From Paraspadella gotoi (taxonomy: Eukaryota > Animalia > Chaetognatha), in assembly GCA_051294375.1 (NCBI GenBank), contig CM119266.1:6155431-6219430 (forward strand): a DNA stretch of 64,000 nucleotides, read 5' to 3'. The number at the start of each line of letters is the position of its first letter. Position 1 is the stretch's first letter. A program made the translations under genes and the position numbers. The notes below the pieces were generated by a model. It had not been told where the DNA came from and did not search any database. It saw nothing but the letters and a program-made list of their open reading frames with translations. Below, piece by piece: positions 25,048 through 45,434 of this stretch.

Positions 25048-25868
25048 CGGTTGAGGAGTTTATCAGTTTATCAGTTGATCAGTTTATCAGTTGATCAGTT
25101 TATCAGTTGATCAATGATTATAATTTGATCACTGGGATGAAAAATATTCCCATCTGTGAATTTTAAAAATTTTAAGGAGAAAAGTAGTCTTTTCTTTTTT
25201 TCCTTTTTCGCTTTTTGGACTTTGAAACTCAAACGAATTTGTGCTTTATATTCCCAGAACGACCCATTTCATTTTAAATTCAGAATTAGGTTAATTTTTT
25301 AAGTTAAAGATTAAGTAGGTCTGGGTTAAAGATTTGGGTTTGAGTTAAGGTTAAGGTTTGTGAATAATAATATGGATGAGATTAGTGATTAATATCGAGG
25401 ATTAAGGTTAGTTATGGGTTAAAGTTGAAAAATTAGGGATAAAAATTTAGTTCGGGGTTCAGGATTAGGGTTCAGGATTGAATTTTAAGTTTAAGAATAT
25501 TTTTAAGTGGAATATGGAGGCTAAAAATAAAATCCAAGATAAAGAAACAGATATGAGGCGCACTGGGAAAAAAGAGTCAGAATTTTGAATGTTTTGTCCC
25601 AAAAAATTTTTATTTTTTTATTTTGTTTGTTGAAAATACTGTTTGCTTCGTCGTCGTCGTCGTCGTCGTTGTAAACGTATCCGTTTTACGCAATGAAATT
25701 AACGTTTTGTTCAAACTATAAATCTTTTTTTTTAAATATAATCAAATTTGTTTGTAATTTTTAATTAACCAACAAGCAACATCCGTGAAAGGGATGTAAT
25801 TAAATCTTGAGTAATTTTAAAAAATTGAATCGGCTTTTCAGCGTAAGAGCGCGTCCTCCGGTTAAGCG

Positions 25869-25900
<32 letters not shown>

Positions 25901-26185
25901 ACCAAGTTGACACCAGCAGCTGCAAGAGGAGTAACCAGCATAAAGCTTAGGTTAGGGATTTTGTCATTTTTGTCGTCGTCGTCGTCGTCGTCGTCGTTGG
26001 AAAGGAGAGGTGAGTGCACCGCGCTTCACGTCTCATGTTGCAGCGACAGAGACAGAGACGAAGTCGATCTCTCTCACTCTCTCCTTCTCCGTTTCTTTCC
26101 TTATCGCTCTCGCTGCGGCTCTCCCTCTCTTTCTCTTGCAACAACAAAAAATATTGAAAATTTGGTTTAGTTTTGAATTTTGGGT

Positions 26186-26296
<111 letters not shown>

Positions 26297-27303
26297 GAGA
26301 GAGCTAAACATGTTAGTTCCGATTAGAGGTTTATCGCGGTTTTCGTAAAAAGCGAATCCGTTAATAAAATGAAAACTAATAAATCGTCTGATTCGCGATC
26401 ACTCGATTCCTCTGCTTCGCTGACCTGTCTCTCTGTCGTCCTCTCTCGATCTCGCTCTCGCTCTCTCTTCTCTCTCTCTCGCCTCTCTCTCTCTCTCTCT
26501 CTCTCCCTCTCCGTCTCTCTCTCTCTCTCTCTGTTCCACATCGCTCCGAGCTAAAGTTGACCCTCACGCAAAAAGCAGCTAAAAACCCGAAAAAAATAAG
26601 ATAAAAACAGAGTAGGATTTCCGCATTTTTGTCTGTGAGGATCGGATCGAGCATCGGAGATTAAGAATACGTGGAGGCCAACGATTAAAGTTTAATTCAA
26701 ACTAACATAATGTTTGAAATAAAACGATCGCGGTTTTCGTAATAATTTTTGAAATGTGATACAAATAAAAAAGGTAGTTAATACGATGTGATAATTCAAG
26801 CTAAGGTTCTCAAAATACATAAACAATAATTATTTAGCACGTCCTTTAAAAGCTTTTAGTATTATTATTTCGCATATATAGTTATTGTGCGCATTCTAAA
26901 AAAAGAAACAAAATAGCATTGTATCAACATAGTTTCGTATTTAAATGGAAGAATCCAATGTTTTACATTGTAGCCAAGACTTAGCAACACTATTCAACAC
27001 CATCCAACAACACTATTCTCGTCCTATCCCTTACTTTTGACTTCACAACTTAACAGGAATAGGGTTTTAGAATGTTAAAATTACAATACATTACAATATA
27101 TTACAATGTAATATATGTTTTACTCAAAAGCTTAGTTAAGATACAAAAAACTTTTTTTTCGTCATTTATATGTAGTTTTTTCCTTTTTTACTTTTATAAA
27201 ATATTTTTTTAAATTTTAAGTCTCATAGGTCCTTACCCCCCCCCCCATTTGGGGCCCAGTTCCCCTAAATTTTTGTCTACCACTCCACCACCCACTCTAT
27301 AAA

Positions 27304-29139
27304 TCACTCCGCCCCCTTCTCCACGGCCCCCTTGACGACAACATCGAGTGCATCCACGACCCGTTCCAAGTTTCCTTCGTTGAGTCCGCAAGTGTTGATC
27401 CTCCCGTTGAAGCCGATGTAGATCCCAAAGTCTCTCTCCAGGCGGACGACTTGTTCTTTCGTTAGACCCAAGAATGAGAACATTCCGCGCATGCGCGTTA
27501 AGGGACTCCAGTCGAAGGCGGCGTTGCTACCGCTGTCGCTGCTGCGGGCGACGAGGCGTCGGTGGAGCTCCGAACGGATCGTGGAAACGCGATCAGCGGC
27601 CAACTGGAAAAAGGAGGGTAGGACCCAGAATTTGAATTATTGTATTTTATTGGATCGTATGGTAATTATAAATTTAATGATAAGAAAATTATTAAAAACA
27701 TGACTATAAATTGTGAGCCTGACCTTCAACTCTCTCTCCCACTCCCTCCTCCTCCCCTCATCCCCCAATATCCTCTCCACGACTTCCCCTCCGTGTTTCG
27801 GCGACGCGTTCCAAGTCCTGAAGACCGTCTCCACCATTCCCAATCGCGTCCGCTCCTCCAACCCGACGCCGGCGTTGTCCACGACGACCAGAGCGCCGAC
27901 TCGCTCTCCGTAGAGCATGAAGTTCTTGGAATAAGACAGCGCCGCCCAGACGGCGTCGAAACCGGCGTCGTCGGCGACGAAGGATCGAAAATCGGCGGCG
28001 TCGGCGGCGAGGTCGCCGGAGACGAACCTGAGTTAAATCTCATTTGCATATTGCCGATTTCGAGATAACTTCAGGATAATTTACACGCTCACGGTTACTC
28101 GTGTTTCTTGATTGAATTCCTGTTTGTCTTTAGGTCCCGTTCGATTATTGTTATAATTTATAGTCGAGCATTGCGACCACCACTAAAACATGACTGCTCC
28201 AGGTTATATTCAACTTCACGTACCCGGCGTAGGCGACGTCGAAGAAGGGCAAGTGTCCAGCGGCGCGAACGGCGCCGGCGATTTCGCGCCACTGGGCCGG
28301 CGTCGGATCCAGGCCCGTCGGGTTGTGCCCGGCGCTCTGCAGGATGACGACGGAAGGCGGCGCCGCGAGGAGATCCTCCAATAGGCCGTCAAGATCGAGG
28401 TCTTTAGACGAGGCGTTCCAGTATCTTGGTTCGATTGGTTATTGAAAGCAAGGATTGAATTGTCTCGTCTTTTCTCTTTCACTGTTTTGTCAGTCGGTTT
28501 TTCTGTTTGGCATTTAAATCTGACATTGTCTGTCAATAACTTTATAAATTAGTTCCACAATCTTTGAGTCTTACATCTTACGATTTATCTGTCCGTCAGC
28601 CTGTCTTTGTTTCTGTCAGTCAGCCAGTTTTTGTCCACACATCTGTCTGATTCTCTTTTTGTGAGTCAGTCTACTTATCTGTCTGTTTTTGTGTCTGTCA
28701 TCAGACTCTTTTTGCGCATTCTGTTTTCAAACTGGCGCGCAATCTTTTGTCTGCCTTTGTTAGTGTCTCGCTCTGTCCGTCTGTTCATTCCGTCATAATG
28801 TTTGTCCGTCTGTCGATCTGCCAGTCTGTCAGTCCGTCTTCCTTCCCTCTCCCCACCCCGCTTCAAAATACCTATAAAATCCAATCTGGAATCCCTGAGC
28901 TGCGAACGACGCCTCGTGGCTGGGATAACTCGGGTTTGAGACCAGCGCCCTCCTCCACCCGAGATCGAAGAGACACCGAGCGGCGAGGAACTGCGCGCCA
29001 ACGCTGCCGGGCGTCTGCGCGGCGAAGACTCTGCCGCGTCGTTCTGCGGCGAGAGCGGGACCGAGCAGGAAGTCGATCGAAATACGGTTGAAGGATTCTT
29101 CGCCCAACCTTATAAGGAGGGGCGGGACGTAAGAGTGAA

Positions 29140-29232
<93 letters not shown>

Positions 29233-30085
29233 TGTATCTGTGTTGGGCCGCGCGGTTCCCCTTCGCGTTTTGGATCGCAAAATGCAAGCATCTTCCCTGC
29301 GGTCCTGGATTGGCGGGCCTCGACCAATCACCGTCGAGAGTTGGGAGAAGATATTTGTATCTTTTTTTTACCGCGGTTTCCGCGCGCAGCCATTGTAGAA
29401 ACGCGTTGGTCGTAGGTTCATTGAGTCGCATATGATCTTGTAATATAGACGGCCAACCGTTTTTAAAACCCAGTGGAGGTTATTACTATTACGATGCACG
29501 ATTTTTTACCTTGATTTTAAGCTGTTTTTCAATTGCTTTTAATCTGTTTTTAAATTGATTTTATTCGTGCTTATACTTGATATCAATACATGTTTTTAAC
29601 CTCGCTAAATCTTCAAATTCGTGGCCGAGCGACTTTAGGTTATTTTAGATACAAGATCAAACATTATTATTTTTTATTATTATTATTATTATTTTAAATA
29701 GCTGCTAAGCTCAATTTTTGTTTTCAAAATCAGTTTAAAATCTTCAAATATTCGCTAGTGATGAAAATTTATTGTCAAAGTTATGACATCTTAAACTTTA
29801 AAAAAAAAATTACAAAACGAACAAAAGACCGACCGACGACAATCAGATGGTCGAAAATTATTTTTAAAAAAACAAAAACATCTACATCTTCTCTCACCAG
29901 AGGACGTAGTTGTGATGTCTATCCGTCTCTTCCACGAGATGTCGCTCCGCCTTCCTCACGCATTCCATCGACGCTAATTTCCCGTCGCCGTCCAAATAGA
30001 CTCCGTAGAGAAGATCCACCTTGTTTGGGTTCGGGTCATCCAGCATCCGGCAGAACCGGTTGGCCGCCTCCTCCAAGTGAGCCAT
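27304..30085 (-). CDS. Divergent aspartate aminotransferase-family (class I, GOT1-like) PLP enzyme, about 409 aa, 5 exons
   Basis: Exons 30085-29898 (DDPNPNKVDLLYGVY...VRKAE), 29108-28872 (QTPGSVGA...SNPSYPSH), 28424-28224 (HNPTGLDPTPAQW...FFDVAYAG), 28027-27724 (SYSKNFMLYGERVG, PLP-lysine motif) and 27603-27304 (GMFSFLGL...GRINTCGL). All introns are GT-AG, phases are consistent and the ORF is intact (1230 nt). Confidence 0.93.
29140..29232. repeat. (TTA)n microsatellite, about 30 copies, upstream of the exon-2 acceptor of the aminotransferase
   Basis: Directly visible. Confidence 0.97.
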
Positions 30086-33000
30086 TGGGTTGTGGTTTGG
30101 GTTGGTGAGTTTCTTATCGTTTGTTAGCGTGCTTTGTAATTGGCACGACCGATACGTATATCTTTTGTTTGTTTGTTTATCTTTAATTCTTAGTTCGATT
30201 GGCTTGGAGTGCCTGTTACGGTCGAGTTGGTTTATTTTATTTAATTTATTGGTTAATTGGTTGCTTGATAGGTTTGTTGTTTTTTTTGTCGCTCGGTTCT
30301 TATTTTTCCTCGCCGAGAACAGATTTCCCAAAAATATAAAATATAAACAGTTGAAAAAAATCAGTAGTTCCGATCCGACGTGAAAATCGTTTCCTAATTG
30401 CATTAGAGATCAATCACCACATCCAAATACTTACAGAAAAAAAAATCATTTTTTCAAACAAGCTCAGTGTCGCAGCTTGATAACAATTTTTTTTGATCGC
30501 TGACCTTTGCCTTAATTTGGAAAGGCCGTTCGGAGATTGTATCAGATTATTTGTACAATTTTAACTAAACTAAAAAATAAGGGGACTACGGAAGTGAAAG
30601 GACGAGAGCAGAGAGAGAGAGAGAGCAGAGAGAGAGACGAGACGAGAGTAGAGAAAGAGAGAGAGACTTGGACGACGTACGTTGCTTTTTGACTCCTAAC
30701 AAGAGTCGAACCCTCTTAACCCCATCATTCTTGCCGGAAGTCGTAAGCAATTTTCTACAAGGAGAAACTTTATTTCTCGATCGCCACTCCATCGCACTTA
30801 TACATTGCAAAAAAAAATTAAAGAAAATAATGAAAATTCACCGATGATCGTCATTCTATGAAATATTTCACCCTCATGAGACATGACTTATTGATTACAG
30901 CTATTCCATTAACATATCATAACTTATGACTCCTTTGACATTGATTATGATTCAAATGCATCAGCTTTTCGTTCAAATCGCACAAATTATGAGACTTGTC
31001 GCAATCGCCCTTCACCGTGATTCCACGGGTCTGTCCTTTTAAGACTTTCACTCAATTCTTTCCTTTGCAAAAACTCCTCACCCAGAGGTCATCGAACTCA
31101 CTCACCCTTCTCCATACCCCCTAAATCTCTCCGCCACGCCCCCTTCCCTCTTCTTAGATTCCGTCTGCCCACCGCTCGGCTGAGGCTTCATGTGCGTCCT
31201 CGTTCCTTTGTTTATCCTCTCTTAATTTCGGACGCTCGTGAACATCATCGCTTCCGGTTTTCTCCTGAGCCGGAGTCGTCGCCGCCGCACGCCTTGCCGC
31301 GTCAGTCACTACGACTAGCCGCAGCAGCCGCCGCGGCGTACTCGACTGGCCGGTCAGCCGCCGCCGCTCGCATCACCCGCCGCTTGCAGTAGCGATGAGT
31401 ATAACAAATTTGCGATGAAAATAACGAAATTATTTGTGATCGGCTCAGTACTATTTGATATGTCTCTCATCAGAATCCATGTAACCTATCCGGTATCCCC
31501 ACACCTAATGTACGCAGGGGTGAGTTGTGCATCGCATGGTTGAGATACGCTGGAAACAATGCCCGACGCTCGCCGCTCTCTCTCTCTCCTTATATGACCA
31601 TCCTGTGTGCTCTTGCTTCATCTCCAAAGATTATCAAGATGCACATATATTTCTAACTCGAATAAAATAATCTTCTGTCGCAAACATGACTGTAACTTCT
31701 CTACTAACTAGGTGACCACAATCGTGCTCTCAAACAATCACTCTCTCTCATCGCAGTCGAGTACTCGATTTGAACAACCTGGATAATCTCGTTCTAGCAA
31801 TAGGTAAGAATAACAGTTCAACGTACAGGTACTCGCTAGATTTGCTCGAAACTCTCGATGCGTCATGATGCCATCCCGGGCAACCACCCATGTCTGGTCA
31901 CAGCAATACGCTACCAGTTCGCTTATTTCCTCGTCGTCAAGATACGCTCGTCTGTAACGGTCGCGATCGTCGTCGTTCAAACGTGGCCTCTTTCGTTTTC
32001 CCGCTTCCTTTCCATCGATCCGATCGGGTCGCCGCTTATTGTGTTCAGGATAAGCAGACCAAGTATATAATCACGTTGTTCGTTTTGTTCAACGCGCGAA
32101 GAGCGCGGCGGTAGAGTTAGCGCGGACTCGGATACGATCGTGACTTGTGTTTGTGTTCACATAATCAGATGTATTTACACATGACGAGATTAATTTTGTA
32201 AAATCAATGTCTTGTATCTTTGTGTTATCTTCAAGGCTCTCCTGGTGTTCTATGATCAAACAACTCGCATCTTACGCATGGACTAGGTTCGGCTCTTGGC
32301 CTCGACAGATCGTTGATACGGCCTCTTGCAACGGCGCACAGGAGATTAGGTCATCACAATAATAGAAAGGGAAGAGCAACTGGTAGATCATATAGCACAG
32401 AGCATTTAGTGCAAAATGTACGAACTATATCTAAATGAGCGCGAACTATCTCACTTAGCCATGTATAGTGGAATTTGACAAGCTAAATGAATCTATATAA
32501 TTATGCTATCCACATCGCATTTGCATATTTTCAGTCGTCTGGATACTTCTACATCTACAATTGTTATTAGTAAAGTAGGAATAGTTACTCTCCACTCATT
32601 TACTGGAAGGAGCGTATGTCTATCGGCTATTTCTTTTCCCCCACGACGGGTCAGTGTGCCATCTACATGCAGCGTCTTGTGTTCAGAGTCGGCCCGCGCC
32701 TATACTCTGGAACAATTATCGCAGATTGCTGTTTCTTCGTTTGCGCTCGTCCATTGTCAGAAATCGTATCGTCGTCGTCGTCGTCGGTCTCGTACCGTGC
32801 CAAATTCATCTACGAATCGGATTTGTTGAAAGGGAAGCAAGCTGCTTGACTTCTTAGCTTGATCTCGAGTTTTGACAAGCAAACGTTCTCTGTTCCTTAT
32901 TTTGCCATTGCTATGTCAGTTTTCGTTTTCATTACATTCGCATCGTATTTTTTTCACTTCTTGCACTATTTTTTTAGCATTTATTTTATTTCGATTAAAA

Positions 33001-34379
33001 ATTGCATCTTTTTCGCGAACAGATTCTACCAATTCATCGCCGCATTTGTCTTCACTGTTCACATTTATTAATACATAGTTATGGAGCTTTATTTATAAAA
33101 CAACTCGGAAAACTTATGTTTTTATATTTTTCATATTTTAATGTTGGCCATAATTTACCAAAGCTTGTGACATTATGCAGTTGAGTGTTGAGGCGTCAGT
33201 TTTATGAAATTTTCAAGAAGAAAATTTTTCATTCTAAAAATGAAGAGAGAGAGAGAAAAGTAGTTTTGGGAAAGAGCTACTGGAGTGATGTGAAAATGTT
33301 AAAGCGAAGATATTAGAGAAAACATCCTTGATTATTTTCGAGTAGCACAGCGTGATACGGATAGAGAGAGAGAGAGAGAGTTGCTAATTAATTTCTTAAT
33401 TTGAAACCTACAACTAGTAAAATCGTTGATTTTTATTGAGCCAGAGATTCTTGGATTTGTAGTTGTAGAATGTAAGAGTGAAATTAAAAGTATTCGTCAG
33501 TATAAACAAGAGAAAAAAAAGATATTGGTTACCAAATTCTGAAAATATAGAAAACTAAATCGATCGTTTTTTCATGACTTTAAACAGAAAGAGTAAGAAA
33601 ATTAAACTTTATGTTACCCCCAAAAAAAACAAAAGACAAGACATAAATCTAAAAATAGAGGCGCGGACGACGAAACCCAATTTTTTTTTTAAAAAGGAGA
33701 AGAAAAAAAAAAAAAAAAATTCCGCGGGAAAATCCGAACTTGACATTTCACGCTGAGGCTTACGGTCATTTCTGTCGAAAACACTCGCTCTCGCACTGTG
33801 GGGGTGGAGGCGGGGATGGGACGGGGATGGGGATTGGAGGGGAGTGTATGGGTAGTGGGGAGGTGGGGAGTGGAGGGAAGGGACGGAAGAAACAGCACAG
33901 TGGCTGTGTTTCTTCTTCGCGGTATACTGATATGTTTAAAAAAAAATTCGTTCGCTTTATAATTATTTTTTATTAAGTTATTTTATTTAGGTTTTTTTTT
34001 TTTTATTGTACTANNNNNNNNNNNNNNNNNNNNNNNNNTGTTCGCGAAAAAAGATGCAATTTTTAATCGAATAAAATAGAAATGACTAAAAAAATAGGTG
34101 CAAGAGTGAAAAAAAAATACGATGCGAATTAATGAAAACGAAAACTGANNNNNNNNNNNNNNNNNNNNNNNNNNNNNNNNNNNNNNNNNNNNNNNNNNNN
34201 NNNNNNNNNNNNNNNNNNNNNNNNNNNNNNNNNNNNNNNNNNNNNNNNNNNNNNNNNNNNNNNNNNNNNNNNNNNNNNNNNNNNNNNNNNNNNNNNNNNN
34301 NNNNNNNNNNNNNNNNNNNNNNNNNNNNNNNNNNNNNNNNNNNNNNNNNNNNNNNNNNNNNNNNNNNNNNNNNNNNNNN

Positions 34380-41715
<7,336 letters not shown>

Positions 41716-42226
41716 GACGATTGTGATCTCTTAGGAGTCAGATGATAAAAGAGTGATATACCGTTTCTGTTCGCTAAGCTACGTAGACCTTGCTTGGTTT
41801 TTCTTGTTGTTGCTTTTATAATGAATAGTTTATCTTCTTAGGACAAATAAACAAGTCATTATTCACCCTCGGACAGTATTTGCATGAAAATTTGCTTACA
41901 ATATGGAAACAATTTTTGAATCAAAAAATGTTGAATTAGGTAATTAGCCTTTTGAAGTCATGAAGTCAAATTTGTCATCAAATAAGAATCTATCAGTATT
42001 CAGTAGTCAAAGACTAGACAATGGCCACGAACGCAGATGCATATAAACAAAGAAAATATAAAATCTAACGGCTTTGTTTTGAATTTTCCCTCGGAACTTT
42101 GAGGAAGGTGAGTCTTCTTCTAGGTAAGTGCCCATCTCGTCTCTTGTAACAATGATATTTAGCTTTAAATGTTACTTGGTAATTCTTAAAAATATGCGGA
42201 ATCAAGGATGAATCTAATCCTTTCCA

Positions 42227-42419
42227 CCAATCAGAATAGAAGACGAGAATTTTATATTCAAATAACGGAAAACACATTTTTTCACTTGAGCCAATCATTT
42301 AATAGAACGCAATTTCTAGGACCAATCAATTCGCCAACAATTGTGTTGGACTCTCAATGGATAAAATCCACCTGTTTTTTCGTCCAATGAGCGACAAAGA
42401 CCAAAAACCAAAGACCAAT
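42227..42419 (+). promoter_or_regulatory. Array of five CCAAT boxes between the divergently oriented transporter and CBS genes
   Basis: CCAAT at 42227, 42291, 42322, 42384 and 42415 (spacings 64, 31, 62, 31), plus TCAAT at 42354. Confidence 0.6.
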
Positions 42420-42840
42420 TAAAGAAGAAAACTTGAGAAAATTTTTTTAGGATTAAGAAAAATTGGTATACATATTTAAGTTTTATATTTATTTATTCTG
42501 ATTGTTAGTTCTTAAACTTAAATCAATTTATATTTTATAACATCGTTTTCTAAGTTTAAGAATTGATTAATAAAGTAAATAAATAAGATAGTTATAAAAA
42601 ATATTTTTAAACTTTTTAAAACTATTAAAAATATGTTGCAAGATAGATATTAATTTTAATTGATTCCAATTCTTAAATTTTTTTATTGGTTGTACCAATT
42701 ATATAATATTTTGCAACATATTTTTTAAATTAAACTTTTTAAAAAGAATTGTTCCCATTCAAAGCTACAGCTACATTATTGTTTATTTTAATTTAATAAT
42801 ATCAAAATAAAATATAGAAATAAAAAATAATTTAAATTTC

Positions 42841-43590
42841 AGCAGATCCCGACTCTATAATTCACTTTGTCGGTCTGTCGGTCCACCCCTTCAATCTTGT
42901 TGGGCATTCACTTATATCATGTCAAAAGATCGAATTATGATAAATTATGCAAAAAAACGATGTCCCTCCATCCGTCTGTCTGTCGGTCCATCCTACCTTA
43001 GCAAAAAATAGCAATTACTTATGATTGGATGGATGGATTGGAATAAAATTTTGTGTGTTGGTAGGGAAGTGTGTGATTGAGCTGGATATGAAGTTTCGAT
43101 AGAATCGTCCAAATGAAATTGAGTTTAAATAGAAAAAAAAATTTTACTATTTGAATACCAATTAGTCATGAGTGGATGGGGCGAAGTTTTGATAGAATCA
43201 TTTGAGTGAAAATGAGTTTAAATAGAAAAAACAAAGAACCTGTTTTACTAATTGATTATGCTTCTTTTTTTTTTATTTATATGTAAATGTAAGATGTATT
43301 AATTAATCAAATAATTAATCAGTTAATTAATCATTTAGTAAATTAATTAATTAATAATTAATTAATCAGTCAATTAATCAATCAAAATAAACATTTTGGA
43401 TCAAATTAATTAATTAATTGCCTAATTAATTAAATAATTAACTTAAATTAATTAATTATTAATTAATTAAATAATTAACCTGAATTAATTATCAATTAAT
43501 TATCAATTAATTAATTATCAATTAATTAATTAATTAATTACCAATAATGATCATGAGCAGAATCCGATATTGTTTGCTCAAACTTGTTTA
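42841..43590 (+). mobile_element. Helentron/HINE-like element, 5'-truncated copy
   Basis: Colinear with 44081-44658 (gcagatcccgactctataattcact...gtcggtc; atggatggattggaat; ends gcagaatccgatattgtttgctcaaacttgttt), with an expanded (ttaa)n tract. Confidence 0.75.
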
Positions 43591-44037
43591 AATTAAACTT
43601 TATAAAAAGAATTGTTCCCGTTCAAAGCTGTAGGTTTATATTAATATTTATTTTGATTTAATTAGGTCAAAATAAAATATAGAAATAAAAAACATTTTTT
43701 TTTTTTTTATTACACGGTTAGAGTTCGAGTTTAGGCTCTATCCACTATTCAAGTATTTGATTATCAGTGCGATAAATTCTTAGATCTCCGAACTTGTAAA
43801 GTTCTCGCTTAAAGAGAAAGTTGGTTCTATTCGCGACCGAAACGTTTATAAGTCAAGTTTTGGGCTAAAAGTCAACTTTACTCATCAGGTACGAATGCAT
43901 CAAGTTTTAGTTTAGTTTTAGTTTAATTTCATTTATCACGTGGCCGTTTTTTTTCGTACTTATCAGTGCCGTCTTGTTTTCCTTCAGAAGAACTCGGTCA
44001 CCTAACCCGATAAGTGCGCAGATTCCTTCTTGTTGGG

Positions 44038-44658
44038 TTTTTTAGTCGGATCTGCTTATCGGCAGATCCCGACTCTATAATTCACTTGGTCGGTCCGTCG
44101 GTCCGCCCCTCAATCTTGTCGGGCATTCATTATATCATGTGAGAACATTGAATTACGATGAATTATGCAAAAAAAAATGATGTCCGTCCGTCCGTCTGTC
44201 CCACCTTAGCAAAAAATTCAAATTGCTCGTGATTGGATGGATGGATTGGAATGAAATTTTGTGTGTGGGTAGGGAAGTGTGTGATTGAGCTGGATATGAA
44301 GTTTCGATGGAATCGTGCGAGTCGAAATGAGTTTAAAATGGAAAAAAACACAAAAATTAATTTCACTATTTAAGTGGAGGGGGCGATTAACCTGAAATTT
44401 TATATGTGGGTCGGAAAGTGTATGATTAAACTGGAAATCTAGTTTTGATGGAATCGTTTGAGTGGAAATGAGTTTAAATGGAAAAAAACAAAAAACCTGT
44501 TTCACTCTTTGATTATGCTTCTTTTTCTTTTTATATTAAATGTAAATGCAAGATGTATTAATTAATCAAATAATTAATCAATTAGTCAATTAATTAATAA
44601 TTAATTAATCAGGCAATCAATCAAAACAGATCCGACATTGTTTGCTCAAACTTGTTTT
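44038..44658 (+). mobile_element. Helentron-associated non-autonomous element (HINE/DINE-1-like), complete structure
   Basis: 5' T-run, subterminal inverted repeat gtcggatctg (44045-44054) with a nearby inverted partner gcagatcccgac, a GTCG/GTCC microsatellite, 3' subTIR cagatccgac (44627-44636), short hairpin gtttg-ct-caaac and a terminal T-run. Confidence 0.75.
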
Positions 44659-45434
44659 CGTTTGGTTATAAGAAGTTTAGGTAAACCTGATTTTGACCGA
44701 CCATGCGGGTTAGTCTGGGGCAGTTATCGCCGCTGATGTCCCTCGTCTTAGCTGTTCGTTAATTTTCCACCGTCTAATTATCTTATTAACTCGTGAACTT
44801 ATTACTCTGGTTGAGCGTCTTGGAGTCGTTACACATTCTGTCTCCTTTTTAACTGTCTCCATATCTCAACTGTCAGTTTTAAGTATAACTGTCAAATTCT
44901 GAGATAGCCGCACCACTTAATATCACTTAATATCAGTTTTTGAAAACAATTTTTATTCGAATATTCTTGAAAACTCTTTTTGAAAACCCTCTATATTACT
45001 TCTATTAGAACTTTTATTTTCATTTTCTCAAATTTAAAAGTAAAACTCGGGCGTGTTTAACATAATAAACTTTTTTTTTTCAAGGAAACAAAATCCTTCC
45101 TTTTTCTAAACTTGGCATCGTCCTCCCACGATATCGAATTTAATTATTTTCTCATTTTAACTTTAATTTTCGTCCTAAAGTAAATCCTTCCTGTATTGGA
45201 TTTTTTTAAAAAGATATTATCCAAACTTAAATGACTTTAAAACCGTTTTGATTTACTTGAAAACGTATTGTATGTTGATTCACCTTGCCTTAACCTAATT
45301 ACTTGCCACTTTTCCGTCGTTTTAATTAAGTTAAATAATTAAGTAAAATTTTAATTTTTTCCCCACAGAAAAAAAAGAGTATAATCCGGTCATTCTCGCT
45401 CAACGGCTGCCATTTCCAGGACGCCGACGACGCC

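Noticed and set aside
31192-33184. Several short ORFs, including 31738-31980
   Set aside because: All lie in the noisy inverted copy of the transporter's 3' region.
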